Made by a program: the position numbers and the translations under genes. DNA of 64,000 nt from Mobula hypostoma (lineage: Eukaryota). The stretch is from contig NC_086097.1 in assembly GCF_963921235.1 (NCBI RefSeq), positions 51,648,001-51,712,000 of the forward strand. The letters are read 5' to 3'. Below, in pieces: positions 62,703-64,000 of this stretch. Below the pieces are notes generated by a model. It saw only the letters and a program-made list of their open reading frames with translations, did no database searches and had not been told where the DNA came from. The stretch's first letter is position 1. Each line of letters starts with the position of its first letter.

Positions 62703-62933
62703 TGAAGCACCTTCAATTATTCCAAAAGACTGAAGTAGGGTAAATACTGAAAGGTTTTTATTCGCGGTAAAATATGACTTCCTGCATGCTGCGTGTCTGC
62801 CCCTGGACTAAGGGGGAAGAGCAGGGCGAAATCACCTTTATTCAGGGGTCTGCGGGAGGAGCCACAGGGGCAGTCAGCAGAGGGGCGTGTCCAGACAGTT
62901 AACCCAGTTACAACATATATATGGTTTACCACA
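62703..62933 (-). mobile_element. Solo LTR related to Gypsy element 1 (diverged subfamily)
   Basis: TG...CA; U3 end nearly identical to about 1410-1491, R-U5 diverged; flanks GATCC/GATAA are only a partial TSD. Confidence 0.92.
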
Positions 62934-63242
62934 GATAAACATCAGGGGACGTGTTGGGCCATTGATCACATGATCACCAGGTAAAAATCAAGGGCTTGAA
63001 CCTGCATGCTGTCATGTCTTGCAATGTCAGGTCATACCACAGGGTAATCTGAAGCCATGTAAATGATGCAATTTGAATTGCATCTTGTAAAGTTTAGGGT
63101 ATAATGTTATTAAAATATTTGAAGTCAAGTTATACATTAATGAATGGAAGTATAGCTGGAATGGCTGAGAGAAACTGTTAAACTATTAACTACATAATGC
63201 AAGAGATGTAATAGTCAAGATAGTCAAATTCTTTACTTAAAA

Positions 63243-63705
63243 GTTTCAAGAGACATTTTTATTATCAAAGTACTTATTTGCCACTATATACAACCCTGAG
63301 ATTATTCTCTCATGGGCATTCACAGTAGAACTCAAGAAGTACAATAGAATCAATGAAAAACGATGCACGAAGACAGAAAACCAACTAATGTGAACAAGGA
63401 GGCAAACTGTGCAAGTACAGAAACAAAACAAGTAATAGTAATAAATAAACAGCAAACAAATAATAATAACAAATAAATAACACTGAAAATTTGAATTGTA
63501 GAGTCTTTGAAAGCGAGTTTATAGCTTGTGAAATCAGATCAGTGTTGAGTGAAGTTAATCACCCTGGTTCAGGAGCCTAATGGTTGGAGCACAATAACTG
63601 TTCCTAAACCTGGTGGTGAGAGTCCTAATGCTCCTTCACCTTCTTTCCAATGGCAGAAGCGAGAAGAGAGCGCAGCCTGGATGGTGGGTGCCATTGATGA
63701 TGGAA
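63243..63705 (-). mobile_element. Rex1/Babar-like LINE 3' fragment
   Basis: Similar to 59785-60160 and the reverse complement of 58640-59070. Confidence 0.72.
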
Positions 63706-64000
63706 GGATGGCCTGGATGGTTTATTGTGGCATAAAAGCATATTCTTTGCTAATTGCAACTCCCGATCTCAGGCACTGTTCACTGTAGGTAAACCATTTT
63801 CTTGGCCATGAGCCTCTGATCTGAACTTTGGTGAAAGTGTCACAACATCCCACAGACCATGATTCTTGTAGAAAATCCACCCTTCTGGTCCCAAACATTG
63901 ATGAAGCCTCGATTTCTCTTGATGAAGATTCCACCTAAAACCTCCTAGTGGTGTTGTTCAGTTCTGATGGATGAGGACTGGGGCCTGGAATTATGTCACC

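Overview
Eukaryotic, repeat-dominated non-coding DNA with no host protein-coding gene recognisable in the window. The mix of CR1 LINEs with (TTTCTATG)n-type tails, Rex1/Babar LINEs, Penelope-like elements (PLEs), V- and CORE-type SINEs and Gypsy elements suggests a vertebrate, probably a cartilaginous fish (inference only). All long ORFs are transposon-derived and disrupted. Main contents: two structurally complete Gypsy LTR retrotransposons (1264-5777 and 13699-18535, both minus strand with 5-bp TSDs), decayed Sushi-like and CsRN1-like Gypsy elements, three solo or partial LTRs, an internally deleted LTR element, a three-level hAT nest, a split Tc1, and many PLE copies carrying minimal hammerhead-ribozyme motifs. 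The most notable signal is in the Gypsy at 1264-5777, which has no tRNA primer-binding site. The 17 nt next to its 5' LTR are instead complementary (15/17) to a segment of its own LTR that ends in the AATAAA signal, which suggests tRNA-independent self-priming and/or masking of the 5' poly(A) signal. Coordinates of old, degraded repeats are approximate, and family names are assigned by eye without database searches.
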